Source: an uncultured Verrucomicrobiae bacterium (lineage in GTDB: Bacteria; Verrucomicrobiota; Verrucomicrobiia; Limisphaerales; Palsa-1400). From it: 64,000 bases of DNA. Position 1 is the first letter of the stretch; each line of letters opens with the position of its first letter. The stretch covers positions 1,152,001-1,216,000 of the forward strand of contig CAVXRD010000001.1 of the NCBI GenBank assembly GCA_963764165.1. Reading direction: 5' to 3'. Below, piece by piece: positions 32,885 through 43,366 of the stretch. The notes beneath the pieces are model-generated. The model saw nothing but the letters and a program-made list of their open reading frames with translations, was not told the origin of the DNA and did no database searches. A program made the translations under genes and the position numbers.

Positions 32885-33169
32885 TCACTCGACTATTTTG
32901 GGGACGAGAAACAATCCGTTCGCCTTGGAGGGCGCGTTGCGCAGCGCCTCCTCGTTGCTGAGCGACGGGCGGATTTCGTCGGGGCGCACGACATTGACCA
33001 TCGGGACCGCGTGGGCGGTCGGCTCGATATTGGAAACGTCGAGCTTGTTCAGCTTCTCGATGTAGCCGAGCACATGGGTCAATTGCGCCGCAAACTTCTC
33101 CTGTTCGGCGGGAGTCAAGGCAATGCGCGCGAGATGCGCGACGTATTGGACATTAAAATCACCGGGCAT
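32885..33169 (-). CDS. gatC: Amidotransferase subunit C
   Basis: [24 protein letters not shown]; directly upstream of gatA. Confidence 0.93.
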   Translation of the reverse strand: MPGDFNVQYVAHLARIALTPAEQEKFAAQLTHVLGYIEKLNKLDVSNIEPTAHAVPMVNVVRPDEIRPSLSNEEALRNAPSKANGLFLVPKIVE

Positions 33170-33172
33170 GAA

Positions 33173-33469
33173 TCAATCCTCGAAAAATTTCTTTTTGACA
33201 AGCTCTTCCAGGGCGTCGAGCGCCTGCACAGAGTCCTCACCTTCGCATGAGACGAGCAGTTTGCTGCCGGGGCCGGCCGCCAGCATCATCAAGCCCATGA
33301 TGCTCTTGCCGTTGACCTGCTCGCCGTCCTTGGTGACGAAAACATCGCAATGAAATTTGTTGGCAGTTTTTACGAAATGGCTGGCCGGACGGGCATGAAC
33401 GCCCAGTTTGTTGCTGACAACAAACTCGCGCTGCGCCTTGTTAGCACCCGGCTTTTTCGCACTGCTCAT
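33173..33469 (-). CDS. ptsH: Phosphocarrier protein HPr
   Basis: GVHARPA (His15) and NGKSIMGL (Ser46) motifs. Confidence 0.93.
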   Translation of the reverse strand: MSSAKKPGANKAQREFVVSNKLGVHARPASHFVKTANKFHCDVFVTKDGEQVNGKSIMGLMMLAAGPGSKLLVSCEGEDSVQALDALEELVKKKFFED

Positions 33470-33522
33470 GCGGCGCTACGTTAGACCGCGCAGGTTCATA
33501 TTGCCATGAAAATTTCGAGGAG

Positions 33523-33705
33523 CGGAGCGCGGCTGTGGCGAAGCCCAGCCGCAGCAGCTTCGCAACAACTGGAGCGTTGGAATGAGCGCCACACTCCGCC
33601 AAGCACAGCCCGAACGTCTGATATTTTTTGGAAACAGCCACATCAAGATTCGTTGTCGGTTGCTTGAGTGCTGCCGCGGCTGGTCTTCGACACAGCCGCG
33701 CTCCG
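33523..33705. repeat. Second REP-like inverted doublet between hprK and ptsH
   Basis: CGGAGCGCGGCTGTG (33523-33537) and CACAGCCGCGCTCCG (33691-33705), each with an internal GCGGCTG..CAGCCGC hairpin. Confidence 0.7.
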
Positions 33706-33751
33706 CCCCTCGGTCTTTGCCCGTCGCACGTGGAAAGTCTGCGCATTCCTC

Positions 33752-34705
33752 TCACAACAACGGCTTCTCGCCTGTCGCCATCTGCGCCATAAGGCGCTCG
33801 TTCAACTCCTTGGCCGGGTTGCGCCCGGCCGCCTTGAGTTTCACATGAAAAGCCGCCACTTCAATCAAGCGCGCCAAGTCGCGCCCCGGTCGGACTGGAA
33901 TAATCATGTGCGGCACCGGCACGCCGAGAATTTTAACAAATTCCTGCTCCATCCCCAATCGTTCGACATCCGGCACGTCCTCCCATGGCTTGAGCGTAAT
34001 CACAAGATCGACGCTCTTCTGCACACGAATGCTGCGCACGCCGAACATGTCCGCCACGTTGATAATGCCGATGCCGCGGACTTCCATGTGGTTGCGCGTC
34101 ACTTCGGCGCTGGTGCCCATGATTTCGTGGCCGTCCAGCAGCGTGACGCGCGTGATGTCGTCGGAAACAAGGCTGTAGCCGCGCTCGATCAACGCCAGCA
34201 CGCTCTCGCTTTTGCCGATGCCGCTTTCGCCGCGAATGATCACGCCGATGCCGAGAATGTCCACCATGCTGCCCATCTCGCTGCCGCGCGGGGCGAACAG
34301 CATTTCCAGCGCGAGGGTGGCCAGGTTGATGAACTTCATCGTGATCATCGGCGTAATGAAAATCGGCACGTGCGCTTTTTCCGCGGCGCGAAGAAATTGG
34401 CGGTCGGGCTGGATGTTTCGCGAGAAAATGATGCCGGGAATTTTGTAGGAGAATAAATTTTCGTAACGGTTCGTCCGCTCGTCCGGTTTGAGCGTCCGCA
34501 GGAAGCACGATTCGGCGTTGCCCATGACCTGCAATCGCTTGTTGGCGAAATAACGGGTGAAACCAGCCAGCGCAAGACCCGGGCGATTCACGGTTGGCTC
34601 GCGAATGACGCGGCTCAGGCCCGTCGCGCCCGCCACCAGTTTGAGGCTCAGATTTTGCGCTTCACCGGTGTAAAACCGTTCAACGGTTATGGTATCTCGC
34701 AGCAT
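33752..34705 (-). CDS. hprK: HPr kinase/phosphorylase
   Basis: NRPGLALAGF, GESGIGKSE, LVSDD, MEVRGIGIINV, PVRPGR. Confidence 0.96.
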   Translation of the reverse strand: MLRDTITVERFYTGEAQNLSLKLVAGATGLSRVIREPTVNRPGLALAGFTRYFANKRLQVMGNAESCFLRTLKPDERTNRYENLFSYKIPGIIFSRNIQPDRQFLRAAEKAHVPIFITPMITMKFINLATLALEMLFAPRGSEMGSMVDILGIGVIIRGESGIGKSESVLALIERGYSLVSDDITRVTLLDGHEIMGTSAEVTRNHMEVRGIGIINVADMFGVRSIRVQKSVDLVITLKPWEDVPDVERLGMEQEFVKILGVPVPHMIIPVRPGRDLARLIEVAAFHVKLKAAGRNPAKELNERLMAQMATGEKPLL

Positions 34706-34782
34706 GGGAACGGAATGATAGGCCAGCGGACGCCCGCAGTCAGCCGAAAAATCTGGAAGAGATTTTGCAATCGCGAAGCGCG

Positions 34783-35026
34783 GTAGGGACGCCTCGCCGA
34801 GGCGTCCGGTTGCGCGTGAAAATGTTCGCGGCTTGAGCGTGAAATACGCCTCACCCCGGACGCCTCGGCGGAGTCTGTCTCAAAACTCAAAAACGGCTTT
34901 AAAAAGCACCACCAAAACACCCTCACCGAAAATAAAAATGCGCCATATCGAAAATGAGAGATTGGTAGTATTGACACACTTTGAGGATTTTGTAGTTTTG
35001 AGACAATCTCGGCGAGGCGTCCCTAC
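34783..35026. repeat. GTAG-family REP doublet whose second REP is interrupted by a MITE
   Basis: GTAGGGACGCCTCGCCGAGGCGTCC ... GGACGCCTCGGCG[insert]GGCGAGGCGTCCCTAC. Confidence 0.85.
34871..35010. mobile_element. 140-bp MITE (non-autonomous IS derivative) with 17-bp TIRs and 4-bp TSD
   Basis: Left end GAGTCTGTCTCAAAACT; right end reverse complement GAGATTGTCTCAAAACT (15/17 match); GGCG duplicated at 34867-34870 and 35011-35014. Confidence 0.85.
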
Positions 35027-35929
35027 CTATTGGCGCGGCGCTTCGACATGCAAATTGGTGGCCAGCGGAAAGGTGAATGTCGGCGCGCCCGAGACCAGCG
35101 CCTTTCCAAAATCCATCATGGCCTTGTTTCCCACCGTTTTGATTTTCAGCGGATCAATCAGCATGTTCGCCGCCGCCCCGACCACCCTGCCCTTAAAATT
35201 TTGCCAGAATCCGTCCCCGGCCTCTTTGTTTTTGACTGACGCAATCGACACGTCCATTTTCGGAGGATCTCCTGCTCGACGGAACGTGAGCATGTTCACG
35301 CGGGCGAGGATTTCCTTGGCGGGTTTGATTTCCCCGCCAACTTTATGAAGGTCGCACAGATCGATTGTGACCGGGCTGGCGTGGCCTCGGGCGTTAAAAT
35401 GCAGGCGCACCTCGGTCACAGTCGGGACGTCGTTTTCCACCGTCCCCTCCACTTCGACCGTGATTTCGCCAGAACCCTGGATGGCGATGGATCTGAGCTG
35501 ATGCGGAAGCACCTCGCCTTTTTTCAGCTTCTCTTCGTTCTGGCGAATGGCCGGCGCCGTGTCAAATATATTTTTCTGCGTGCCTTCGCCCGCAAGTTCG
35601 ATTTCACACGTTACCACAAACGAGTGCCGGGAAAATTTTCGTTTCGACGACGTCATTCGCAGCGACTGGGTGCTGTGGGGGCTGGTTGAACTGGTGATTG
35701 GCGCGAAGGAAATCAGCGGGACGAAATACATGAACTCCTCGACCGTGTTGGTGCCGGGCTGAGCCTCGCTGAAATGGAGTTGGATGGTCGGGCCGTTGGT
35801 ATTGCCCGCGTGCGCGATCGGAGCAAAGAGAGCGGTCAACAGCATTACGATCCAAATGGGCGGGGAGAGACTTCGCTGAGCCTCTGATAAAAAACCTCTG
35901 TTCTGCCAAAGTCGAATACACATCCGCAA
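35027..35929 (-). CDS. Hypothetical secreted protein
   Basis: 300-aa ORF filling the gap; signal-peptide-like MLLTALFAPIAHA (ATG 35845 is a possible start). No family recognised. Confidence 0.7.
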   Translation of the reverse strand: MRMCIRLWQNRGFLSEAQRSLSPPIWIVMLLTALFAPIAHAGNTNGPTIQLHFSEAQPGTNTVEEFMYFVPLISFAPITSSTSPHSTQSLRMTSSKRKFSRHSFVVTCEIELAGEGTQKNIFDTAPAIRQNEEKLKKGEVLPHQLRSIAIQGSGEITVEVEGTVENDVPTVTEVRLHFNARGHASPVTIDLCDLHKVGGEIKPAKEILARVNMLTFRRAGDPPKMDVSIASVKNKEAGDGFWQNFKGRVVGAAANMLIDPLKIKTVGNKAMMDFGKALVSGAPTFTFPLATNLHVEAPRQ

Positions 35930-35991
35930 AAACTTGAGTCAAACTTGGCATCCACAGGAAAGAATACAATCCGAAACCGCCGAAAAGAAAG

Positions 35992-36090
35992 GCAGGGACG
36001 CTTCGCCGAGGCGTCCGGGGTGAGGCGTTGGCACGCGCAGACCATCGCATGTGCAACACGCAACCGGACGCCTCGGCGAGGCGTCCCTAC
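35992..36090. repeat. GTAG-family REP doublet directly after the nuoN stop
   Basis: GCAGGGACGCTTCGCCGAGGCGTCC ... GGACGCCTCGGCGAGGCGTCCCTAC. Confidence 0.85.
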
Positions 36091-36091
36091 C

Positions 36092-37576
36092 TTAGAATGA
36101 ATTGGCCCGCACCAACTCGGTGATTGTGCCGAGCACCAAATCTGGCGCGCAACCCAGAACGACCACAATCAACGCCAGCACTACAATGGCGGCCTGCATG
36201 CCAGCGGACGGCTTTGTCCAACCCGACGCGGCTGGCGCCTCGCCGGCGTAGATTTGCTTGAGAACCTGCAAGTAATAATACAGCGACACCGCGCTGGCCG
36301 CGATTCCAAGAACAACCAGCCAGAGCAATCCCATTTGCGGCGTTGCGCTGATGACGCCGGTGAAGATATAAAATTTTCCAAAAAATCCCGACAGCGGGGG
36401 GATCCCGGCCAGCGACAGGACGAAAACCAGCATGCAAAACGACAGCAGCGGCGCACGGCGGCCAAGCCCCGCAAAATCGGAGAACGCGCTGCCCCGCCCC
36501 CCGCACGATTCCACCATCGACACCACCGCGAACGCGCCAAGCACAGTGAACGCATAGGTGATCGTGTAATACAGCAGCGATGACATCGCGTAGTTTTTTC
36601 CTGAAAGCAACGCCAGCATTGCATAGCCGGCATGGGCGATGGCGGAGTAGGCCAGGAGGCGCTTCACGTTGGTTTGGACGATGGCGGCCACGTTGCCGAC
36701 GATCATCGATAGCGCGGCCAGCACCGCAACCAGCGGCATCCAGCCGGGGGCAAAACCGTGATACACCGCCGATCCCAGCATTCCTGGAAACGCTGACAAG
36801 AGAATTCTTGCGACGACAAAAAAGCTCGCCACTTTCGAGCCGGACGCGATGAACGCGGCCACTGGAGTGGGCGCGCTTTGGTAAACATCCGGCGCCCACA
36901 GATGAAATGGCGCGGCCGCCAGCTTGAAGGCAAATCCCACCAGCGTCATTAAAATCGCAACATAGAAAATCGGCTCAATCGCATGCCCGCGTATTTTCAA
37001 GGCAACTTCGCCCAATTGAATTTGCCCGCTTACGCCGTAAATCAGGCTGATTCCAAAGAGTGTGAAGGCCGCCGACAAGCCTCCGAAGAGAAGATACTTC
37101 AACGCGGCCTCCGAACCATCCGCGCTGTTCTTGTCAAAGGCAGCGAGTGAATAAAGCGATATGCTCAACAATTCCAGCGAAACAAAAATGAGCAGCAAAT
37201 TGTCCGTGCAGACGAGCAGCATCAAGCCGGCCGATGCGAGCAGGACCACGGCAAAATATTCGCCCGCGTGCCGCGTGAAAGTAGATTGGCTCGACAGGAT
37301 AATCGCGAAGACCGCCAGAAGGAGCATCGGGATTTTTATCCATTGCGTCAGCGGACTGATCGAAAGCATGTGGCCGTAAATTGGGTACGGCCTCAGCACA
37401 AGCCAGCCGATGGCCAGAGCAATGCCGCCGCACGCCGCCATGGCGGCCATCCGCATTCTTTGCCGCGCGGGTTTGCGGGCCATTAGGCCAAGGTCCAACA
37501 GCAGCACTAGGAGCGCCGTCAACACAACGATGACTTCCGGCGTGGCCGCGTTGAGGCACTCCAAATAAAAGTTCAT
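36092..37576 (-). CDS. nuoN: NADH-quinone oxidoreductase subunit N
   Basis: SEAALKY, FKLAAAPFHLWAPDVY, KRLLAYSAIAHAGY. True start MNFYLE at 37576 overlaps the nuoM stop. Confidence 0.93.
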   Translation of the reverse strand: MNFYLECLNAATPEVIVVLTALLVLLLDLGLMARKPARQRMRMAAMAACGGIALAIGWLVLRPYPIYGHMLSISPLTQWIKIPMLLLAVFAIILSSQSTFTRHAGEYFAVVLLASAGLMLLVCTDNLLLIFVSLELLSISLYSLAAFDKNSADGSEAALKYLLFGGLSAAFTLFGISLIYGVSGQIQLGEVALKIRGHAIEPIFYVAILMTLVGFAFKLAAAPFHLWAPDVYQSAPTPVAAFIASGSKVASFFVVARILLSAFPGMLGSAVYHGFAPGWMPLVAVLAALSMIVGNVAAIVQTNVKRLLAYSAIAHAGYAMLALLSGKNYAMSSLLYYTITYAFTVLGAFAVVSMVESCGGRGSAFSDFAGLGRRAPLLSFCMLVFVLSLAGIPPLSGFFGKFYIFTGVISATPQMGLLWLVVLGIAASAVSLYYYLQVLKQIYAGEAPAASGWTKPSAGMQAAIVVLALIVVVLGCAPDLVLGTITELVRANSF

Positions 37577-39063
37577 TGCGAACCCGCCTTCCACAACGGC
37601 TGCATCAGCGGCGAATTCAGAGAGGGATTGATGAATTGCAGCAGCAGGCGCGGATACAAACCGATGACGAGCGTTGAGGCCAGCAGCAGCAATGCTCCAG
37701 CGCGCTCGGCGATAGTGATTGGCGCAAGCGGATGGGCGTCGGCTAGGTTCGCATCGCCTTCCGCAAAAAATGCCTTCAACAAAACCCGCAGCGTGTAAGC
37801 GACGCCGACCAGAATTCCCAGCGCGGCGATCATGGCATAAGCCGGGAACGCCTGCCACGCGCCCACCAGCACTTGCAATTCGGCAATGAATCCGCTGAAG
37901 CCCGGCAGTCCCATCGACGCCGCGCAGGCGACCACGAACGTCACTGCGGCGAATGGCAGCGCCTGACTGAGGTTCATCCGCTGAAGTTGCGCCAGGTCGC
38001 GCGTGTGCGTCCTGTCGTAAACCATCCGTCCGACCACCGCAAACAAAAGCCCGGCCAGAATTCCGTGCGAGAACATTTGCAGCACCGCCCCGCTCAAACC
38101 AATCTGAGTCAGCGTCATCAGTCCGAGCAGCACAAAACCCATGTGACTCACGCTGGAGTAACCAATGACAAATTTGAAATCCTGCTGCACCAGCGCCACT
38201 GTCGCGCCGTAGACAATTCCCACCACCGCGAGAATCGCGATGGTATTTTGCCAATGATGAAGCCCTTCGGGAAACAATGTCATCGCCACGCGCAACGCGC
38301 CGTATGCGCCGAGCTTCATCACGACGCCCGCCAGCAACATCGAAGCCGCAGTCGGCGCAGCGACGTGGCCCGTCGGCGCCCAGGTGTGGAATGGCCACAA
38401 GCCGGCGAGAATCGCGAAGCCGGCAAAAACGACGATGAACGCCCAATTCTGAAATGCCAGCGGGAAGTGGTATTGCGCCAGCGTCGGAAGATCGAATGTT
38501 TTTCCGCCCGCCACCACAAACGCCGCGATCAATCCCACCAAAACCATCGCGCTTCCCACAAACGAATACAGCGCCAACTTCATCGCGCCGTATTCGCGCC
38601 GCGTTGAACCCCAGATGGCGATCAGGAAATACTTTGGAATAATCGCAATTTCGTAAAACACGAAAAGCAAAAACAAATCGACGCTCAGAAATACGCCGTA
38701 AACGCCGCCAATCAGCGCGAGGTAAAGCGCGAAGAATTCACGGGCGCGCGAGGTCACGTTCCAGGAGAAAAGCACTCCGGCCACCGCCACCATGCCAGTC
38801 AAAAGAACGAGAACGATGCTGATGCCGTCGGCTCCCAAGTGGTAGCGCGCGCCCAATTCCGCAATCCACGGAAGATTCGCCACATCGACCATTTTTCCGG
38901 TGGAAGCCACGTCGCTGTAATGCGCCATTCCCAGGGCTGCGCAGATCAGCGTCGCCAGCGCCGCCAGGAGCGCCAGCCAGCGGGCCGGGCGGGGATTGTC
39001 CGTCGGCAAAAGCATCAAGGCCGCCGCGCCGAGGAAGGATATATATATGGTCCAGGCGAGCAT
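37573..39063 (-). CDS. nuoM: NADH-quinone oxidoreductase subunit M (second copy)
   Basis: FYEIAIIPKYF, PFHTWAPTGHVAAPT, KLGAYG, YSSVSHMG, GLPGFSGFIAE. Confidence 0.9.
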   Translation of the reverse strand: MLAWTIYISFLGAAALMLLPTDNPRPARWLALLAALATLICAALGMAHYSDVASTGKMVDVANLPWIAELGARYHLGADGISIVLVLLTGMVAVAGVLFSWNVTSRAREFFALYLALIGGVYGVFLSVDLFLLFVFYEIAIIPKYFLIAIWGSTRREYGAMKLALYSFVGSAMVLVGLIAAFVVAGGKTFDLPTLAQYHFPLAFQNWAFIVVFAGFAILAGLWPFHTWAPTGHVAAPTAASMLLAGVVMKLGAYGALRVAMTLFPEGLHHWQNTIAILAVVGIVYGATVALVQQDFKFVIGYSSVSHMGFVLLGLMTLTQIGLSGAVLQMFSHGILAGLLFAVVGRMVYDRTHTRDLAQLQRMNLSQALPFAAVTFVVACAASMGLPGFSGFIAELQVLVGAWQAFPAYAMIAALGILVGVAYTLRVLLKAFFAEGDANLADAHPLAPITIAERAGALLLLASTLVIGLYPRLLLQFINPSLNSPLMQPLWKAGSQ

Positions 39064-39070
39064 TGTTCCC

Positions 39071-40573
39071 TTAAAACGGCTTGAGCAGGCGCATCACCGC
39101 CGGATTGGCCACGGCCGTCAATAATTGCGGACAGAGGCCGAGCACGAACATCAGCGCAATCAGCGGCACGACCGTGAGTCGCTCGCCCAGCGTCAAATCC
39201 GGCCACGCTGACCACTTAACCGGCAGCGGCCCGCAAAAAACGCGCTGCAAAATCGTCAATAAAAATATCGCCGTCAGCAGCAGTCCCGGAATGGCCAGCA
39301 AGGCAATTTTTCCCGAGAGGTGCAGCGCACCTTTGAAAATCAAGAACTCGCCCGGAAAACCGTTCAATCCCGGCAATCCCAGCGAGGCGAACAGCGCAAT
39401 CCCCATCAAGCCGCAAAACACCGGCGCCGCCACGCGCAAGCCGCCAAAATCATCCAAGCCGCGCAGCAAGCCCCCGCGCTTCTCAATTAGCCCGACAAAG
39501 TAAAACAATGCGGCAGCGGTAATGCCGTGATTGAACATTTGCAAAACCACGCCGTTCAACGCCGCAGCCTGATTGTCTGTCCAGCTTGCCGTGCCGTCGG
39601 ATGTCCCAGCAGCCGCAAAGATTCCCAGGATGCAATAGCCCAAATGATTAATGGACGAGTAGGCCACGATGCGTTTCAAATCCTTTTGCGCGAAAGCCGC
39701 CGCCGCTGGCAGAACAATCGTCGCCGCCGCCAGAACAAGGATGACAACGCGCCATTGCCGGATTTGCTCGGGGAATATCGGCCAGAGAATGCGCAGAAAT
39801 CCGTAAACGCCCATTTTCGACATCGCGCCTGTCAACAGCATGGCAGTCCCTGTCGGCGCTTCCGAATACGCCGAAGGCAGCCAAGTGTGGAAAGGGACAA
39901 TCGGCACCTTCACCGCAAGGCCGAGGAAGACACCGAAGAAAACCACCGTCGCGAGTTCTTCGTGCCCGGTGAAAAGTCCAGATTGCGCGGCCAGCGCCAA
40001 TTTGCCGAAGTCGAAAATGCCGTTGATGGAATAAATCGCCAGAAAGGCGGCCAGCATCGCGATGCTGCCCACCATCGTGTAGAGGAAGAATTGATAAGCG
40101 GCTGCAGTCCGATTCGGCCCGCCCCAGATTTTGATGAGGAAAAACGCCGGAATCAAACTGAGTTCCCAAAACAGAAACCAATGCACAAAATTTTGCGCCG
40201 TGAACACCCCAAAGAGGCCGGTTTCCAGGAATAGCGTGAAGGCGAAATAAAGTTTTGGATTCCTCTCAATTTTCCAAGAAGCCAAAAGCGCAAATGGAAC
40301 AATCAACGCCGAGAGCAGCACCATCAACAGGCCCAATCCGTCCACTCCCAGGCTGTAATCGATCTTGAGCGACGGCACCCATGCTGCGTGCTGGACGAAT
40401 TGCAAGCCATCGCGTGTCCGATCAAAACCGGCGCACAGGCCAAGCGCAAGAACCAGCGCGAGCAAGCTGCCTGCGAAGGCTATGTTGCGCCCGAGCTTTT
40501 GCTGGCGATTTCCCATCAGTGCCACGGCGATTCCAAACACGGCAGGCGCAAATGTCAGCACCGTTAAGTTCAT
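39071..40573 (-). CDS. nuoM: NADH-quinone oxidoreductase subunit M (first copy)
   Basis: FWELSLIP, KVPIVPFHTWLP, KMGVYG, YSSINHLG, GLPGLNGFPGE. Start MNLTV at 40573. Confidence 0.9.
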   Translation of the reverse strand: MNLTVLTFAPAVFGIAVALMGNRQQKLGRNIAFAGSLLALVLALGLCAGFDRTRDGLQFVQHAAWVPSLKIDYSLGVDGLGLLMVLLSALIVPFALLASWKIERNPKLYFAFTLFLETGLFGVFTAQNFVHWFLFWELSLIPAFFLIKIWGGPNRTAAAYQFFLYTMVGSIAMLAAFLAIYSINGIFDFGKLALAAQSGLFTGHEELATVVFFGVFLGLAVKVPIVPFHTWLPSAYSEAPTGTAMLLTGAMSKMGVYGFLRILWPIFPEQIRQWRVVILVLAAATIVLPAAAAFAQKDLKRIVAYSSINHLGYCILGIFAAAGTSDGTASWTDNQAAALNGVVLQMFNHGITAAALFYFVGLIEKRGGLLRGLDDFGGLRVAAPVFCGLMGIALFASLGLPGLNGFPGEFLIFKGALHLSGKIALLAIPGLLLTAIFLLTILQRVFCGPLPVKWSAWPDLTLGERLTVVPLIALMFVLGLCPQLLTAVANPAVMRLLKPF

Positions 40574-42537
40574 CGCGACCTCCACAGCAAAATCAGCAGC
40601 AGCGCGCAAAAGGCGAGGCCAACGATTCTCAAGTAACGCTGCACCTGCCCATTCTGCAGGCGCGACATCCATTTGCCTGAACGGCGCACCACATCGGTGC
40701 CGACGTCAAAACCGCCATTGACGACTTGTTCGTCAAGAAATCGATTAATCCAAGCCACCCCCAGCGTCAGCCAGCACGCGACCATCACCACGCCGCCAAA
40801 TATAAATGCATCGTACCAGGCAGCGACGACGGCCGCAAAGTGGGTCAAGCGAATGAAAGTGGCTTCATATATTTCATCCACAAAATATTTGCGCCGCAGC
40901 AGATTGAAGAGAGCCGGTTGAGCTCTTTCAATCGGATCCGCCGCGCGTGGAGAGATGGCGGCAGCCTTCGCGTAGATCAAACCACTCGTCACCATCGCGA
41001 CCGCAACCAAGCCGACCGCCACCAGCATCACGGGCAATTGGTGTTCGCCGATTAAGTTGCCAAAATCGAATTTCGCAACGCTGCCTCGCAAATAGGATTG
41101 AAACCATGGCCACGCGGGCGTACCAAAGAATCCCGCCACAACGGCGAACACCGCCAGGATTGACAGAGGCGCAGTCATCGCGAACGAACTTTCGTGCGCA
41201 TGTTGAGCGCTGCCGGAGCCGGCTTTGCCGAAGAAAACGTAGAAAATCTGGCGCGTCATGTAGAACGCGGTGAGAAACGCCGCGGCCAGGCCGAGATAAA
41301 ACGGCGCGCTCGAGACGGGCCATTCGCGCGCGGCGTCAAGTATGGCGTCCTTGCTCCAAAAGCCGGAGAAAAACAGAGGCACGCCGGACAACGCCATCAT
41401 GCCGACAGCGTAGGTGGCAAACGTGACGGGCATGGATTTGCGCAGCGCACCCATCTTGGAAATGTCCTGCTCCTCGTGGCAGCCGTGAATCACGGAACCC
41501 GCGCCGAGAAACAGCAGCGCCTTGAAAAACGCGTGGGTGATCAAGTGAAACATCCCGACCGCCACCCCCCCCACTCCCAATCCAATCATCATGAAGCCCA
41601 GTTGGGAGACGGTCGAATACGCAAGGATGCGTTTGATGTCGTTTTGCGCCACCGCGATGCTGGCTGCAAAAATCGCCGTAATCGCGCCGACCCAAGTGAC
41701 CACATGGAGCGACTGCGGACTCATAATGGGATAGACGCGCGCAATTAAAAAGACACCCGCCGCGACCATCGTCGCCGCGTGAATCAACGCGCTGACCGGC
41801 GTTGGTCCTTCCATCGCGTCCGGGAGCCAGACGTGCAGCGGCACCTGGCCGGATTTTCCGACGGCCCCGCAGAAAATCAAAAGCGAGATAACGGTTGAGG
41901 CAACAAGCCCCGTTTCCAGGCAGCCGTTGCCGCCGTCGAAAAAGAGCAACGTTCCCTTATCCGCATAAAGCCAGAGCATGCCGACGAAAAATCCGAGGTC
42001 GCCGATGCGCGTCGTGATGAATGCTTTCTTGGCTGCCGCGGCCGCGCTTGGTTTTTGGAACCAAAATCCAATCAGAAGATACGAAGCCAGCCCGACCAAT
42101 TCCCAGCACATGAAAAAGAGCAGCAGGCTATTGGCGAAAATCAATCCGAGCATCGCGCCCGCGAACAGCGCCAGAAAACAAAAGAAGCGAGTGAAATTCT
42201 CGTCGTGCTCCATATAGCCAAGACTGAAAACGAAGACAAGCAAGCTGACCAGAGCGACCATCACCGCCATGATCGCGCCGAGTGGATCGAGGACGAAACC
42301 GAGTTGGACAGACGTCGCGCCGAACTCAAACCAGCGGAAATTCCAAACCGCGCGGCCTCCATGCAGCGTCGTCGCAAACGCCGCGCACGCCAGCACAAGC
42401 GAAACGCTGATCGCGACTATGGCCAGTCCCGCACTGAGTTTGCGGCAATGACGCGGCAGCAGCGCCGATAATCCCCCCGCCAGCAGCGGCGCGAACGGAA
42501 TCAGCCAAATGTAAGGGGCCATGGAGTTCATCATCAT
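40570..42537 (-). CDS. nuoL: NADH-quinone oxidoreductase subunit L with extended amphipathic helix
   Basis: [57 protein letters not shown]. Start ~42537. Confidence 0.95.
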   Translation of the reverse strand: MMMNSMAPYIWLIPFAPLLAGGLSALLPRHCRKLSAGLAIVAISVSLVLACAAFATTLHGGRAVWNFRWFEFGATSVQLGFVLDPLGAIMAVMVALVSLLVFVFSLGYMEHDENFTRFFCFLALFAGAMLGLIFANSLLLFFMCWELVGLASYLLIGFWFQKPSAAAAAKKAFITTRIGDLGFFVGMLWLYADKGTLLFFDGGNGCLETGLVASTVISLLIFCGAVGKSGQVPLHVWLPDAMEGPTPVSALIHAATMVAAGVFLIARVYPIMSPQSLHVVTWVGAITAIFAASIAVAQNDIKRILAYSTVSQLGFMMIGLGVGGVAVGMFHLITHAFFKALLFLGAGSVIHGCHEEQDISKMGALRKSMPVTFATYAVGMMALSGVPLFFSGFWSKDAILDAAREWPVSSAPFYLGLAAAFLTAFYMTRQIFYVFFGKAGSGSAQHAHESSFAMTAPLSILAVFAVVAGFFGTPAWPWFQSYLRGSVAKFDFGNLIGEHQLPVMLVAVGLVAVAMVTSGLIYAKAAAISPRAADPIERAQPALFNLLRRKYFVDEIYEATFIRLTHFAAVVAAWYDAFIFGGVVMVACWLTLGVAWINRFLDEQVVNGGFDVGTDVVRRSGKWMSRLQNGQVQRYLRIVGLAFCALLLILLWRSR

Positions 42538-42848
42538 CCCTTGAGTGAATCCATCCGATCCAATTGAGTCGTGCGGCGATGCCGGTAAATCGCGATGACG
42601 AGCGCAAGCCCCACAGCCGCTTCCGCCGCGCCGATGGCAATCGAGAACAGCACGAACATGAGCCCTGTCATCTTGTTGTCCTGCGGGCCGAAGCGCCAAA
42701 ATGCGATGAAGTTCAGGTTGGCCGCATTCAGCATCAATTCCAGGCCGATGAGAACGATCACCGCATTGCGCCGGGCCAGCGCACCCGCCAGGCCGATGCC
42801 AAATAGCAGCGCCGCGAGGATGAGATAGTTGTTTAGGGGCGCGCTCAT
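42534..42848 (-). CDS. nuoK: NADH-quinone oxidoreductase subunit K
   Basis: [21 protein letters not shown]. Confidence 0.95.
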   Translation of the reverse strand: MSAPLNNYLILAALLFGIGLAGALARRNAVIVLIGLELMLNAANLNFIAFWRFGPQDNKMTGLMFVLFSIAIGAAEAAVGLALVIAIYRHRRTTQLDRMDSLKG

Positions 42849-43366
42849 TTAGTGGCGGGAGGTGGTTTGGCCTCTTCGCGCATGGCGATGACCACGGCTC
42901 CCAACAGTGCGGCTGTCAACAAAAGGCCGACAGTTTCCAGCGGCATAATGTAAAGTGTCATTAATTGCTCGCCGATCTTTCGCACGGGCGCTTCCATGCT
43001 GGGAGCGGCCTGCCGCACGAGTCCGGGGCTTGATTTAATCGCGCCGATCAAACACACGCACACGAGCACAGCCACAAGCGCGCCAACCCATGCCGAAGGC
43101 GAGGTCAAAGCCACGCCGGGATGAATTTCCGTGTTGTGTGTCAATAAAAGTGTGAAGACAATCAGAATCGCCACCGCGCCGACGTAAACGAGAAATTGCG
43201 CGAACCCGGCGAATTGCGCATCGAGTTGCAGATAGATCGCCGCCAATCCGGCGAAAGCGCCCGCCGCGCACAGGGCGCAATGCACAAGATTCCGCAGCGT
43301 CATCGCGCCGATGGCGCCTGCCAGAATCAGAATCGCGCAGGCGAAGAATGGCAGTTCACTCAGCAT
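42845..43366 (-). CDS. nuoJ: NADH-quinone oxidoreductase subunit J
   Basis: [23 protein letters not shown]. Confidence 0.92.
   Translation of the reverse strand: MLSELPFFACAILILAGAIGAMTLRNLVHCALCAAGAFAGLAAIYLQLDAQFAGFAQFLVYVGAVAILIVFTLLLTHNTEIHPGVALTSPSAWVGALVAVLVCVCLIGAIKSSPGLVRQAAPSMEAPVRKIGEQLMTLYIMPLETVGLLLTAALLGAVVIAMREEAKPPPATK

Noticed and set aside
36092..38446. 784-aa ORF suggesting a NuoN fusion
   Set aside because: The upstream ~290 codons are an alternate frame overlapping nuoM; NuoN homology starts at ATG 37576.
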